Counted from the whole stretch's first letter, positions 24,613-36,705 are shown. The stretch is 63,754 nt of DNA, filler included, from Vezdaea acicularis (GCA_026025075.1; 3 parts of 3 records of this genome joined end to end with filler, not necessarily neighbours in it), one strand, 5' to 3'. A program made the numbers and translations. Notes: generated by a model from the letters alone, not told the origin.

Positions 24613-27131
24613 TTATGCTTTCTGTCCGGCAAGCCAGGTCTCATGAAACTTTTTCTGTCTGTCCCAATCCTTTCTTAACTTCTTCCCTCTACTCTTTGTG
24701 ATCTCCTCTCCATCTCTGTCTTTGGTCGGTACACCATCCTCGTCCCATGCGCTATACTCTTCGGTCTTGAACATCTCCTGAGGACTCAGCTTACCCCTCT
24801 CCGTCTTCTCCTTCTCTGCCTTCTCGCGCTCTGCCCTTTGCTCCTCTTTTCGTTTCTCTGCAGCGGCCTTCTCCGCGGCCTTCTGCTCCCGGGCCGCAAT
24901 CAATTCCTCCTTTGGAACGAACTTGACGAGCGCTGGCTGCCCTCCTTCCCGGTCGTCGAGATAAACACCCAAGTTTGTGAGGTCGTTATCGCGCACACTG
25001 TCGCAAAGCTCTAGTAACTCCCGCTTCAAGGAATTCTCTTGTTTTATTGCGATCGCCCTTATGTTGTCTCTGAAGTTGGATAGAGTGCGAACATACGGCA
25101 GCGAAACTTCCTGCGCGTCAAGTGCTCTACCATCTTTGTTCTCCGAGCCCGCCAATGCAGATGACCAGCCAATGCGATCCCCACCATCAGTTGTAGTAGA
25201 CGCGTCTAAGCCGAAAACGTCTATGAGATGGGTTATGTATCGCGCCACATCCTCAATGCAAGCAATGCTGAGGTAGGTCTTTTGATTTGTGGAAATATAG
25301 ATGTTCGTCTTGGTAACAAGGTCCGCAATGATACTCATTGCAAGCGAGGTATTGAAGGAATCGCAAAGGGCGTCGTGAATTGCCAGACGAGCAGCATCGA
25401 GATCTGCCGTGAGCTCATGCTCTGCTTTACGGAAGAGCTGTGGGACTTGCTTTCCAGCCTTTTCCGACTCCGCAGCCTCAGCGATGAGAGCTTTAATGTT
25501 GGTAAAAAATTTCTAGGAAGGGTGATCAGCAACTATCGGGATTCAAAAATGGTAAATCTTACGTTAATGGTCGTCTCCCAGGATTTCCCACTACCGATAA
25601 CGTCATCTGTCACCTCTATCCTGTCTCTCCAACCGCCGAGCAGGAATACTATCCTCAACCCCCTCGCAGTCCACCCGCCGCCCCTTCCAAGCGCCTCCCT
25701 AATGGTCGTGAAATTCTTAAGCGATTTTGACATTTTACTCCCTTGAATCGAAAGGTGTCCCATATGCATGAAATAATTAACCCATTGATGTTGATGCTCC
25801 TTGTGGCCATCTGTCCAGTATGCCTCGCTCTGTGCCAGCTCGTTATCATGATGTGGAAATGCCAAGTCAACCCCCCCGGAATGGATGTCGATGTGGCTGC
25901 CCAGGACTTCCGAGCACATAACGGAACATTCGATATGCCAGCCCGGCCGACCCCTGCCCCACGGACTGGGCCAGCTAGGCTCACCAGGTTTCGAGGCTTT
26001 CCAAAGAGCAAAGTCAGACGACGATTTCTTCTCTGTAGTCTGTTTTGTTAGAGATCCCTCTCCATCAGCCAGAAGGCTACTGTCGTTTCGGTTCCAAGGC
26101 TCTAATCGTGCGTACTGATTGCCTCGGGCTTCGAAGGCTGAAATATCGAAGTAGACAGAGCCATCCGAAGTCACGTATCCAAAGCCCTTTTCCACAATCT
26201 TCTCAATGAAAGCCACATTTTCCGGCACAAACTCGCTGACTCGGGTAAGGTTGGTGGGAGGAAGACAGTTGAGAGTCCTGAGATCTTCCTTAAAATGCCT
26301 CTCCCAGTGCTGGGTGAGCTTTGTGAAAATTGCATAGTCGTCCTGCTTGATTGTGCTGCCATGTAAGCTATCAAGGTAGGGTAGAAGCACATCGCCAGTA
26401 CTAGCAAAGAAAGCCTCCGAAGTTATGGGATCTGAGTCATCTGCTGCGGTCAGTAGAGCTGCTGACGCAGCATCCAATGTCTTTAGGTGCATCTTCAGTT
26501 TGGCCTGCTGGTCTGTGACCGCCGCTCCTTCCAAGGGTAGTTCTCCTTGTAACCCGTCACCGTGGCTCCGCAAACGCGCATACTCCTCTGGCGTGACTCC
26601 CTCCGACAGCAACGGTACGTTCTTCTTTGTATAAGCCTGGAAGGCTTTTAGCGTTATCGGCAGCGCTTTTGCAGGCTCCGAGTTCTCCTTCACAAACTCC
26701 GCCAGTAAATGCTGTTGCCTTGCTCTCAGAATGATCTTGTCATCCACATCCGTGATATTCATCACGAATTGAATATCGAACCCAAAGTAATCCCTCATTA
26801 TGCGCCGTAGTATATCAGTACTGACATAGTTTCGCGCGTGGCCCAGATGCCCTGCATCGTAGACGGTCGGTCCGCAGCAGTACCATGTAACTTTTCTTCC
26901 CCTGGGGTCTAAAGGTATGAACGGTGTTTTCGTTCTTGTGAGAGAATTGAAGATCTTTAGTGGAGGTAGTTTCGTATCTGGCGGTGGGGTCGGGGGAGCT
27001 TGCCAGGGCGGCTGCTGCCGCACTTTCGATGCCATGGTGCTATGAGCGGCTGCGAGCCCGCAGAATTGGCGACGTCGAAGGGTAAACACTGAAGGATGCG
27101 AACGCAAGCAGATTCTAGGGAAGAGGTTCAT
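24613..27131 (-). CDS. CRS1: Cysteinyl-tRNA synthetase (class I); intron 25562-25513; alternative starts at 27131 and 27035
   Basis: WYCCGPTVYD, HLGH (HIGH motif), NITDVDDKII, GRPGWHIECS, DIHSGGVDLAFPHHDNELAQ and KMSKS. Confidence 0.95.
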
Positions 27132-27322
27132 AAAGGAGCGACAAGAGGACCGGGGTTGCAGCTGTGCTATAAGTTGGGCGCGGTGAGTCAAGGAGGTTGA
27201 CCGGCAGCTCTTGGGTTGTTCACCGCCTTCGACAGGGATAGACGCCAAGATTTCTCCACACTACATATTATTTTACAGCTTCCTCTCACAATTTACACTT
27301 ACAAACTCGAGTACGGCCCATC

Positions 27323-29314
27323 ATGGAGACTGGAAAAATGTCCGAGGAGCTACCTCCGGCCTATGAAGCTGTTACACAGCCCATTGAACCTTCAATTACC
27401 TCAATCTCCGCATCGCCTTTACACACACCTTTACCTCCATCCACCTCCCAAGCACCTCCTCCAGCACCCTCGCCCACCTCCAATCCTCCCCCCCGAACCT
27501 CATCCTTCCTAACCCCACCTCCCCTCACCACGCCCGGCACCCTCTCCATCCTCCACCTCCGCCGCGACCTCCTCCTCCCCACAACACTCACTCTCCACGA
27601 CCCGTCCTCGGGCTACTCCGAAGGCCGAGTGACCAACACGCGCTTCGGGTCATTCCCTCACAGCACTCTCCTCAATCTACCATGGGGGAGCCAAGTCCGC
27701 GCCAGCGCCGTCGACACGGGGTCCCGCGGGCGAAAAGCGCACAAGAACAGCAAAAAGCGGAAAAGAGACGACGCCGCCCCGAGCATCTCCACAACCAACG
27801 AAACCACCACCACAGCAGCCAACGAAGAAGAACCCACCCAAACCCTCCTCCCCGAACCAAAAGAAGCAACCCAGGCCGCCACAGGCTTCCTCCACATCCT
27901 ACTCCCCACCCCCGAGAACTGGACCGCCTCCCTCCCCCACCGCACCCAGGTCGTCTATACCCCAGACTACAGCTACATCCTGCACCGCATGCGCGTCCGG
28001 CCGGGGAGCACCCTCATCGAAGCCGGGAGCGGCAGCGGGAGCTTCACGCACGCGGCCGCCCGCGCCGTCTTTAGCGGCTACCCCCCCTATCCTCCTCCCA
28101 ACGAGCTGGAAACACAGAGGGCAACGGCAACGGCGCCGAAAAAGGACGCGGAGAAGGACCGCGGAAACAAGCCCAAGCGTCTAGGCAAAGTCTGGTCCTA
28201 CGAGTTCCACGCGCAGCGCGTCGAGAAGGTGCGCGCGGAGATCTGCGAACACGGGCTCGATGGTATTGTGGAGGTTACGCACAGAGATGTTTGCGCGGAC
28301 GGCTTCTCGGTCTTTGATGAGGGGGGAGGGCAGAGAGTCCGGGCGGATGCGGTGTTTCTCGATTTGCCTGCGCCGTGGTACGTTCTTGTTCATGTTGTGT
28401 TTTACGCTATGCGAATTTTATGGATAGATACTCCCCACCTGTCTTGCCTTACTCTACAATACCCCTATACGAACAAGCTACCTATACATACCTACAAGAA
28501 ACAGAAACCCCGATCAGACTCCTATAATGCACAAGCAAAACCCGCTAACAAAAAACGCACCAGGCTCGCCCTCCCACACCTGACCCGCTCCCTCCACTCC
28601 CCCCCCACCACAACAAAAGCGCCAACCCCCGCCTCCGCCGCCGCCCCCGCACAACCACCGCCCTCTCCATCAACAACAAGCAGCAGCAGCCCCCTAAACC
28701 CGCTCACCACAACACACATCTGCACCTTCTCGCCCTGCATCGAGCAAGTCCAACGCACCGTGACCACGTTACGACAACTACACTACACATCCATCGAGAT
28801 GGTCGAACTGCAGCACCGCCGCCTTGACATCCGGCGGGACCGCACACCCCTCTCTGATCTACGCGGCGGCGGGACCACCCACACACCCCACACCGTGGCC
28901 GAAGCAGTGAGTCGCCTCAAAGAAGTCGAGGGGCGCTTCCGAACGTTCCACGGGGCGGGCGAGAAAGGGGAGAAAGTGACGAAGGGACCAAGAGCGAGGG
29001 GGAAGAAGGAGATTGTGGATGCGCTTGTAAGGGACAGGTTGTATAGGGAGGGCAGGCTGGTGAGTAGGTGTGAGCCTGAGGTGAAGAGTCATACGAGTTA
29101 TTTGGTCTTTGCGGTCTTGCCGAGGGAGTGGACGGCGAGGGATGAGGAGAAGGCGAGGAGGCGGTGGCCGATTAAGGCGGATAAGGTGGGACGGGTTGAA
29201 GATGGTGGAGGCGGAGGTGATGAAGATGACGGTGTGATGGACGTGGAAGGGACGGATGAACAGCCGGCCGATGATGCCGAAGCTGGAACCTTAGCTTCCG
29301 CAGATTCAATATAG
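27323..29314 (+). CDS. TRM61: tRNA (adenine-58-N1)-methyltransferase catalytic subunit; intron 28378-28563
   Basis: LPHRTQVVYTPD, EAGSGSGSFTH, YEFHAQR, DAVFLDLPAPW, CTFSPCIEQV and HTSYLVFA motifs of Gcd14/Trm61; start could be 27323 or 27338. Confidence 0.92.
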   Translation: METGKMSEELPPAYEAVTQPIEPSITSISASPLHTPLPPSTSQAPPPAPSPTSNPPPRTSSFLTPPPLTTPGTLSILHLRRDLLLPTTLTLHDPSSGYSEGRVTNTRFGSFPHSTLLNLPWGSQVRASAVDTGSRGRKAHKNSKKRKRDDAAPSISTTNETTTTAANEEEPTQTLLPEPKEATQAATGFLHILLPTPENWTASLPHRTQVVYTPDYSYILHRMRVRPGSTLIEAGSGSGSFTHAAARAVFSGYPPYPPPNELETQRATATAPKKDAEKDRGNKPKRLGKVWSYEFHAQRVEKVRAEICEHGLDGIVEVTHRDVCADGFSVFDEGGGQRVRADAVFLDLPAPWYVLVHVVFYAMRILWIDTPHLSCLTLQYPYTNKLPIHTYKKQKPRSDSYNAQAKPANKKRTRLALPHLTRSLHSPPTTTKAPTPASAAAPAQPPPSPSTTSSSSPLNPLTTTHICTFSPCIEQVQRTVTTLRQLHYTSIEMVELQHRRLDIRRDRTPLSDLRGGGTTHTPHTVAEAVSRLKEVEGRFRTFHGAGEKGEKVTKGPRARGKKEIVDALVRDRLYREGRLVSRCEPEVKSHTSYLVFAVLPREWTARDEEKARRRWPIKADKVGRVEDGGGGGDEDDGVMDVEGTDEQPADDAEAGTLASADSI

Positions 29315-29364
29315 TCAACTTTTGAAATGATATCGAGGAAAACGCCCGCAGCCCTTTACCTTCG

Positions 29365-30057
29365 TTACGAAAACGTCGCTGCCGCCAACGCAACACTCGT
29401 CGTGGTGGGATACGGACTCGCCGCGAAATTCTGATGATCACCATAGGGTGCCGGATATCCGGGACAGATGGGAATACTATCCGGTTTGCGATACTCATTA
29501 ACGCTGCCATGAACGATACAGATACTAAACTCGACCATGGCCTGAGCATTCTTCTGGGTATTGGGGACGAGGACCGGAAAATGGACTTCGTAGTACTCAA
29601 AGCGGGGGTTACCGGGACAGCCAGAATTGCGGGTGTAGGGCGCGTGCGGGTTGCCGTAGGAGGTTTCTTTGTAGCCGGTGACGTTCCAGAGGGTAGCGAT
29701 GCCTTGCAGGCCGCAAGTGTAACCTGGGGGACATTGTTCGGAGATGGTGATGCCCTCGCTGTTGGCGGTGGAGATGGAGATTTCGACTTTCAGGCCCATG
29801 CCGAGGATTTGGGCGCTGTGATGGGTTTGGGAAGGTTAGCTGTGAGGGCTTCTGCTGAGAGTGATAGGAGAGAGTTGGAATCATGCGAGAAGAGAGAGAG
29901 AGAGGGGAGATTGCTTACAAGCTGAGATCGACGCCGGTGGTGGTGGTGACGGTGACGGCGTAGCTCTGGGCGTCGGCGATGACGCAGCCGGAGTAGGTCG
30001 CGTTGCATATGACGCCGGTCATCAGCTGGGGCGCGGACTGGATGGCGTATTGCCCCG
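29365..30057 (-). CDS. Partial (5' end lost in spacer) Cys-containing secreted-type protein with aerolysin-like beta-hairpin; intron 29918-29816
   Basis: Spliced frame GQYAIQSAPQLMTGVICNATYSGCVIADAQSYAVTVTTTTGVDLSFAQILGMGLKVEISISTANSEGITISEQCPPGYTCGLQG...; GTAAGC donor, GCTAAC branch point, CAG acceptor. Confidence 0.7.
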
Positions 30058-30157
30058 NNNNNNNNNNNNNNNNNNNNNNNNNNNNNNNNNNNNNNNNNNN
30101 NTTAATTAATTAANNNNNNNNNNNNNNNNNNNNNNNNNNNNNNNNNNNNNNNNNNNN
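30058..30157. other. Artificial contig-joining spacer N44-TTAATTAATTAA-N44
   Basis: Exactly 100 nt; the central 12-mer (30102-30113) has stops in all six frames; identical to the spacer at 59743. Confidence 0.97.
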
Positions 30158-30613
30158 AGGATAATAAGACTCCAAAATAACAGTAACCATACGGCGATAG
30201 GGGTGTATATTATTTGAGCACTACACATGTATTCCACCCATTCCATCAAATCAGCCAAATCTATTTCTACTCCACCCACCCTCTGACCCTAAAATGGTAG
30301 AGAAGAGGTGTCCTCATTCGATTTCTTGGAGGTGCGGCACGAGCCGTGCCTCCACGATGCATCGCCAAGTTTGGCGGGTTGCGTCTGTAATGAGACCACT
30401 TCCCAAACGGAAATAGCATTCGTCCAGAAAATCTAATTGAGCATGTAACAAGGAAATTGATCACGACGCCCATTGATTGCGTAGGTTATATTATTTTATG
30501 ACCTTTTATCACACAATCTCGAAGCAATTCATCTGCGACCGGGATGGCCTCCAATCAGATGTAGATCCGTTCATTCGTTGCCCACTCGACGTTGACTTCT
30601 AACAACATTCGCC

Positions 30614-31810
30614 ATGGCTCAAAAACCGAAATCTGAATCAACTCCAATGGTATCCGGTCCTCATAATATTGAAGGTAAATATCGTCCGGAGTTTATCCTA
30701 GTTCTTCGTGGCGTGGCTTATTCTTTAGAAAGAGGGTCGTGACACCGAGTTGCGGACACGATTCAGACCCTGGAGTAGTTCGCCCCCAGCCGCATTTGCA
30801 CTGTTCTATCCCGACGGGCCACGGAGTTTACAAGAAGGAGCTCCAGTATTCCTCCCGAAGTTCACAGACCTAAGGCAGACATGTCTCCTGCACATAGAAG
30901 CTCGTCTTCGAGTACTTGAGCGAGATATCGCCGACATGCCTGACCCTAGTACGCCTCGATCACGCTCTCTTGACGAAACAATAAAACTTTTGCAGCAATT
31001 AGGTATGCTAGGAATGTGCACATTGTTGACTCATGCTTAGCGTCTCTTACCATATTGTAGATGGGATTGCGGCAAGTGAAGTCCAACAGCACCAAATGGA
31101 AGACCCAGAATATGCAGCAGCACGTGGTATATCAGTAGTTCACTTTGCAGTTGGGCTCGGAGCTCCTCACAGTGGTCAGTGGATGATGTTGAGTAGCCCT
31201 TCAGGCAAAGCAAGCAGAAGTATCCTTGAGGACGACACATCTCGACTCTCCCATGCGCACAGGTCTCAGCTCGAGGAAAGGAACTCTCTCCTACCAATGG
31301 TCCAAGAAATATATTGACTTTTATATTTTGACAGAAATTTGCAGGCGGACGTGTTAACCTAGACAAAGTGTCTTTCAAACGGCCAAAGTCGGTTGCCGAG
31401 CGTCAACCAGGCTCCGTTGTCGAACTTGAGAACACCATCATCCTAAGACCGTTCGTCATTTCAATGTGGAAAATAGCTTTTGGGGCGGCTATACTTGCAC
31501 TAGCTTCCTTTTTCGGAGTCGGCGTCATCGCAACCAACACTCGCTCTACCCCTCTTTTTGTACGTTACTTCTTCTGGATTGCCATTGTTTGGACTCTCGT
31601 TTCCAGCTCTCTCCTTGGTTGGCTAGTCAAAGCTGTAGGCGGATCCAATAAAGACATTCTTACTGCATTCCTGGCGGCTATTGCAATTTGGCTAGTAGTA
31701 ATTCAGGTGCGTAATAAACGCTCAGTCTAAGAGGTTGCAATCAATCACTGACGAATGGTTGACAGATCGGGCAAACCCACCTTGTGGCACAAAATCAGGC
31801 AGGTGGATGA
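30614..31810 (+). CDS. DUF6594-like fungal membrane protein (multi-exon, 3 C-terminal TMs)
   Basis: VFLPKFTDLRQTCLLHIEARLRVLERDI resembles the DUF6594 RF..L..R.LL..Q.EL..LE motif; three TM helices end in FLAAIAIWLVVIQ; GT-AG introns. Confidence 0.6.
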
Positions 31811-34782
31811 TGGACGTGAAGACTTCGATCAGCATCGGTAGCCGATTCAAAAAGCCTAGAATCAGGTATTGATGCCCAAAGGTCTTATGCGCTAGATAAC
31901 GATGTTGATCCGGAGAGTACGTGATCTATGCCTGAGTACGTTTCTCAGAAGGTATAAAGAGTTTCAAAGAAGCATCAGTCAGTCCCACTAGCAAAGTTTG
32001 ACATTTGATGAACTACCCGGCTAGGCAAAGAGCGGAAGGGTTCACCCATCCCATTGGCATAGCGAATGCATAGCTCAAGGAGCCTCGGCGTAGTTCTTAA
32101 TACTTATACGATAGATACTCTTCTGTTCATAACATCCTGTCCAGGGATTACGAGGTAGGACCCAGCCTGCAGTTCAGAAAGCGCCAATTCATAGAATTCT
32201 GGAGCGGGTTTAGACTGCAAAGCGGGGCGTGCGTCGAATTGTGATCGCATCTTCAACCTGCAACCTCCATGCGGTGGAGTTCGGTAACAGCTAGGGATAT
32301 CGCTGGGAAGAGATCTGGCATGCAAGCTTATGCCACGCCGTAATAACGACCTGCTTTTGGAGGTGGCAAGGACTTGAGCCTTGCGTGATGCAGTTTCATG
32401 CAGAGCAAAGAAAAGAAGAAATGAGAGAAGGCTGTCACTTGAATGTCGTTTCTCAGCACTATACAAACCCGGAGTGGTCGCTGGGGAGACTAGAAGTAAA
32501 ACGAGAGCCGCTGCACAAGATGGAGCTATTTCACTATAATTTGAGTGATCGAAATGAAGTTAAGAACTGGACTCAAAGAATCAAAGGCGTATGGCCCACC
32601 TTCAAGGTGAGAAGTGGCAAGCTCATGTAGTATATGAGCTTGACAGGATCAGAATTCAATAACACAAAAACAATCAAACTTCTTCCCCATACCGTCCATA
32701 GCTTGGAAGCAGAGAGAAATTAGAAGGGGAACAAGTAGTGAGCCATAAGATAAGATCCAGAAGCACCCAATTCAAGAAGATTTCCAGCTCCACACGGTAG
32801 TAGGAAGTTAGAACATCGAGAAGCGATTTCGCACGACATCTCTACAAGCTGGATGATCCCGTCAGTCATCCCCACCCATACCGTCATCACCCGGTCAGGA
32901 TTCATTGGTCCAACAACGAGACGCGCGATGTATAACTGACCCGAACTCTATTCCACGTCCTGGCCGCGATTTCCTGGTCCCTCGGCGTCGAGAGACCACG
33001 GGAGAAGGTAAAAAAGGTCGCAACAAGGCGCAAAGCAACGAACCGCCATTGAGCAATAGCTCACACTACGACCGGGCCTTTTCACACGACATAGAGGGAT
33101 CCCCAATAGAACGCGAGTCCGTGCATACAGCGTATCTTCGTCTAGCCCACCCATCCATAATCAGGCGAGCTCGTCGTGCATGTCCAACACCGAGACCCCC
33201 GTCCCTAAACACAAGCCTTGCTCCTCCCAGCATCACGAAAACTTCGCTAGCATAACAAAGCCTAAACGACGTCTCGATGCGGCCACCCGCCGCACAAGTG
33301 ACCGCTCGTTACGCGGTCGATGGGGGCAAGAGCCCGTCATATCGTGCACCTTTCCCCCCCTTTCCCGCCGCGCGGATGCGGCTGAGAGCAAGGCTACAGT
33401 AGGTCCTACATGTAGCTCGAATTGCGTATGGCAAGGGAAGGGGTAAGGGGGCAATGGTGTATAGACTGCGCATAGAGTCAGGGGTGGGAGGAGCGAATGC
33501 GGTTTGCCGGGCGCGGGAGAGAAGATCCAAGTGGGGGAGGATGACGGTCTTAACACTTGACTTATCTCCTTAGGCTTCAACAGGGGAGGTGAACTTTAAG
33601 AAGGAAGGAAGGAAAGCCTGCTCTTCAATGAAACTACTGCTATCGATTGTCTACGCCGATGAGCAATGCGATATCCTCAAGCTAAACTGTCAGGGGACGA
33701 GAGAATCAAGGGGTATTGCAGCAACAGAGGGGTAACACTTTTTCCGCGCGCAAAAGCCACTAATGAACGATGGAAAAATAAACCCGTATAAGGTTTCGTA
33801 ACCTTTCGCTAACTCTTTCTCTTTGGTTTTCTCACTTTCACCTGGTCTGGCCCAGGCTAGGCAGCAGAAGCGTCCGCCCCTGCCCCCTATGCACCATTTT
33901 ATGCCGACATTCACGAAGGCGCATGTGAGCCGGCCTGGCCGGAGCCATTAGAAGCAGTACCACCAGACACGGACGCGCTGCAGGCCTCTCATCGCCGTAT
34001 CGTAATCCTCGGTCTACAGAACACACTGCACGCACCATTCATAAAGGATATAGACGATCGTCAGCACCGGCAGGGAGCCCATGACGGTGCCGATGATCCA
34101 CCACGTCTTGGGGTCGACGGCGTCGGAATAGTTTTTGCCGCTGTAGGATGATCAGATGCAGAAAAGATAAGATGCGGTGCGAAACTAAATCCGGAGTGGT
34201 CCGTTGCTGGATCAACACGTTACGTGAGACAAGCGTTCTTTCAGAATATACGTAAGGGGGTAGGGTACCCAGACTTCTATTAGAAACCGTTGAAGAAAAG
34301 ATGATGTGGGAAATACAGCATCCGTCACGGAACATAAACCAAGACGCGAGACTGTGCCAGTCCTGAATATCGCTGCTAACCAGAGCGTTGGTAGAAGTCA
34401 CCTCCTGGCCCGGATGAAAGGCTAGGCTGGGACAGTAAGCCACGGCACAGCAGGAAGAAAACTAGTGTGCTCGATCAAGAGTATTCGCATGTCGTCTCAC
34501 TCGAAGATGCGTCTGGGACGCCTGGAAATGGGGGCATTTATGGGAGAGCACCACTCCGCACGGGCTGTGATACATACGAGTAATTGTGCAGAAAAGGCGC
34601 ATCATAGAACATTTTCCAGGAAGCGCGGTAGCTGTATATACTCAGAAAATCTACAGAGTCTATAAGAGTATGATACAAGATAGAGTTTTTATCTCCATAT
34701 AGAAGCATTGGAAATAGGACCAATCTAGCACACCATTTCCTTTATTGATCTTATAGAGCACATCTCAGCTCAAAGAAAACCC

Positions 34783-35650
34783 CTATGATGTCGCCACGTT
34801 GCTCGAGTTCATGTATATCAGTGCCGCACTTGGGCTTGCGGAAGCTTGCTGTGAGACTGTCGCATTTGGCACCAAGGTGGAGGAGTTGCTGCCATGGATC
34901 AAGTCAGGGTTCCCGGCTAGATTGATGGTGGTATCGCCTTGAAGCATGTCCAGTTCGCCTATTGTCGTATTATATTTGGCCAAGATTTGCAGAGCTGTAG
35001 CTTCGTCTGTAACGTTCGCCAATTCATTCTGCATCAAGCGTGTCGGCTCAGCTTCCTTGTGGACCTCTACACAGTCATGACAGTAGTTGAGCGTGACCGT
35101 GCAAAACCCAGAAAAGCCGGGCTGATTGGTCTATTAAACTATGTCAATACTTCAAATCTCTATTCCGCAGGTGTGATTGACTTACGAAGTAGCGTGTCCC
35201 ACAGATTTCACATCCTTGCTCACCTATGGGCGGCGAAAATATCTTTGCGAATTCCTTCTTGATATCAACCCCATAGTAGCCACGTGGTTTATCATCAGAA
35301 TCACTTCCTTCGCAGTAGAATCTGGCCATGGAATTTGCGAACACATATGCATCCAACTTATCATACCACTGGTGATCGACGAACTTCATATAGGCTGATT
35401 TCATTTCCGCGGTGGTGGGTCTATGCCTCCATGCTGGACACCAAGTGAACCAACTGTGCGAGCAGCAGCTACTCCCATCGCAGTTGTTCACAAATGGCTC
35501 ACTGACAAGGCCCAAAGACGCTAGAGATCCGGGGTTCGGAGTGGTTGTGTTACTAGCTCTCAAGGCCAGAGCATTCGAACGAGCATCCATCAAAGGACTG
35601 GCTGTGACGAGTGGCACCGCAATCAGTGCGGTGTATGCGAAAAATAGCAT
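34783..35650 (-). CDS. Secreted KP4 killer-toxin-like protein with C-terminal extension; exons 35650-35186, 35130-34783
   Basis: Signal peptide; NNCDGSSCC...GCEICGTRYFTNQPGFSGFCTVTLNYCHDC after removing intron 35185-35131. This parallels KP4 INCRGSSQC...GCRVCGS...LTVNYVNSC. Confidence 0.75.
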
Positions 35651-36705
35651 AGTGAAGAGAGAGGAAGAGATAATTCGCAACTACTAAGTGTCAATGGCGA
35701 AGAGAAAGTAGTGAGCAAGCTCTAGGAAGAAGGAAGAATGCGGCCACACTTTACCACGATAGAGACGGACAAGAGAAAAAAAAGAGCCGTGGGATTCTGA
35801 TCGAGGATCATTTTCGCATGGAAAGCAAGGGCCTTTATAAGACTCAGCCATAGCTCATTGTTAGATGGTCTGTGCAAGAACATCGAGACCCGTAGCGCGA
35901 CATTGCAGGATTAATCTCTCGAGTCTTCATACAATACTAGTTGGAGGTTTTTGGGCGAGGCATTTTCGCTGTCTTGGAGCAGGGTCAATGTCGTTAAAGG
36001 CTAAGTGAAACCTTAGAGACTCGAGAGAGAGGTACTTTTCTTTATATGTTGAGACTTCGCTTATGAGGACGGATTTCGTAACGCCAGGCCCTGGCGAGCC
36101 AATGATGTTCATTGCAAGCCAGCCCAGCCAACGATCAATCCATGCTTCGCTTGACATTAACGGGCCGACAACATCCAGGGGTCAAAGTCGCATTGAATTC
36201 GCTTCTCAGGGACAGGCCGGATTACGACCCTAAGCTCAGACCTCGATCCTGACATGGCCGCGTTACCTTGCTCAGCCGTCGATCTTCTGCCATGTGTCTT
36301 CATCCCAAAGCCAAGACACCCATATCAAATGGTAATTCATGCTATAGTATGAAGACTTGATATCTGATTCACGCATCGATTCACGTTCCAGGAGATTAGT
36401 GTGGCTCGGCTTTTGCTTGTCCCCGCTAAACTAGTGTTTGCACCTTGTTTGACCTCGAGTTTCAAGCGACATCACGTCTACTGTAGTGAATCTTCGGCGT
36501 ATCAAATGTTCCCATGGAGTTCGGGGCCTGTCCATCAAATGGCTCTTTCCGGATAATATAGCTTCTTGTGGCCCTCCAATGTTCCATAGTCGAGTCTCGG
36601 AGCTTCTGGAGCTCTTGTCGCAGACTGCTGAGCGTTTCATTTGTTGAAACGGACGTCGTCCATCCCGGTTGGCACTCGACATATCACCGCTTCGGCCAAA
36701 GGGCT

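Noticed and set aside
30102..30113. Palindromic TTAATTAATTAA inside N runs (also 59787-59798)
   Set aside because: Identical, symmetric 100-nt linker with six-frame stops; an assembly concatenation artefact, not biology.
32104..33580. Short ORFs and a possible spliced fragment at 32385-32750
   Set aside because: No coherent gene model or recognisable motif.
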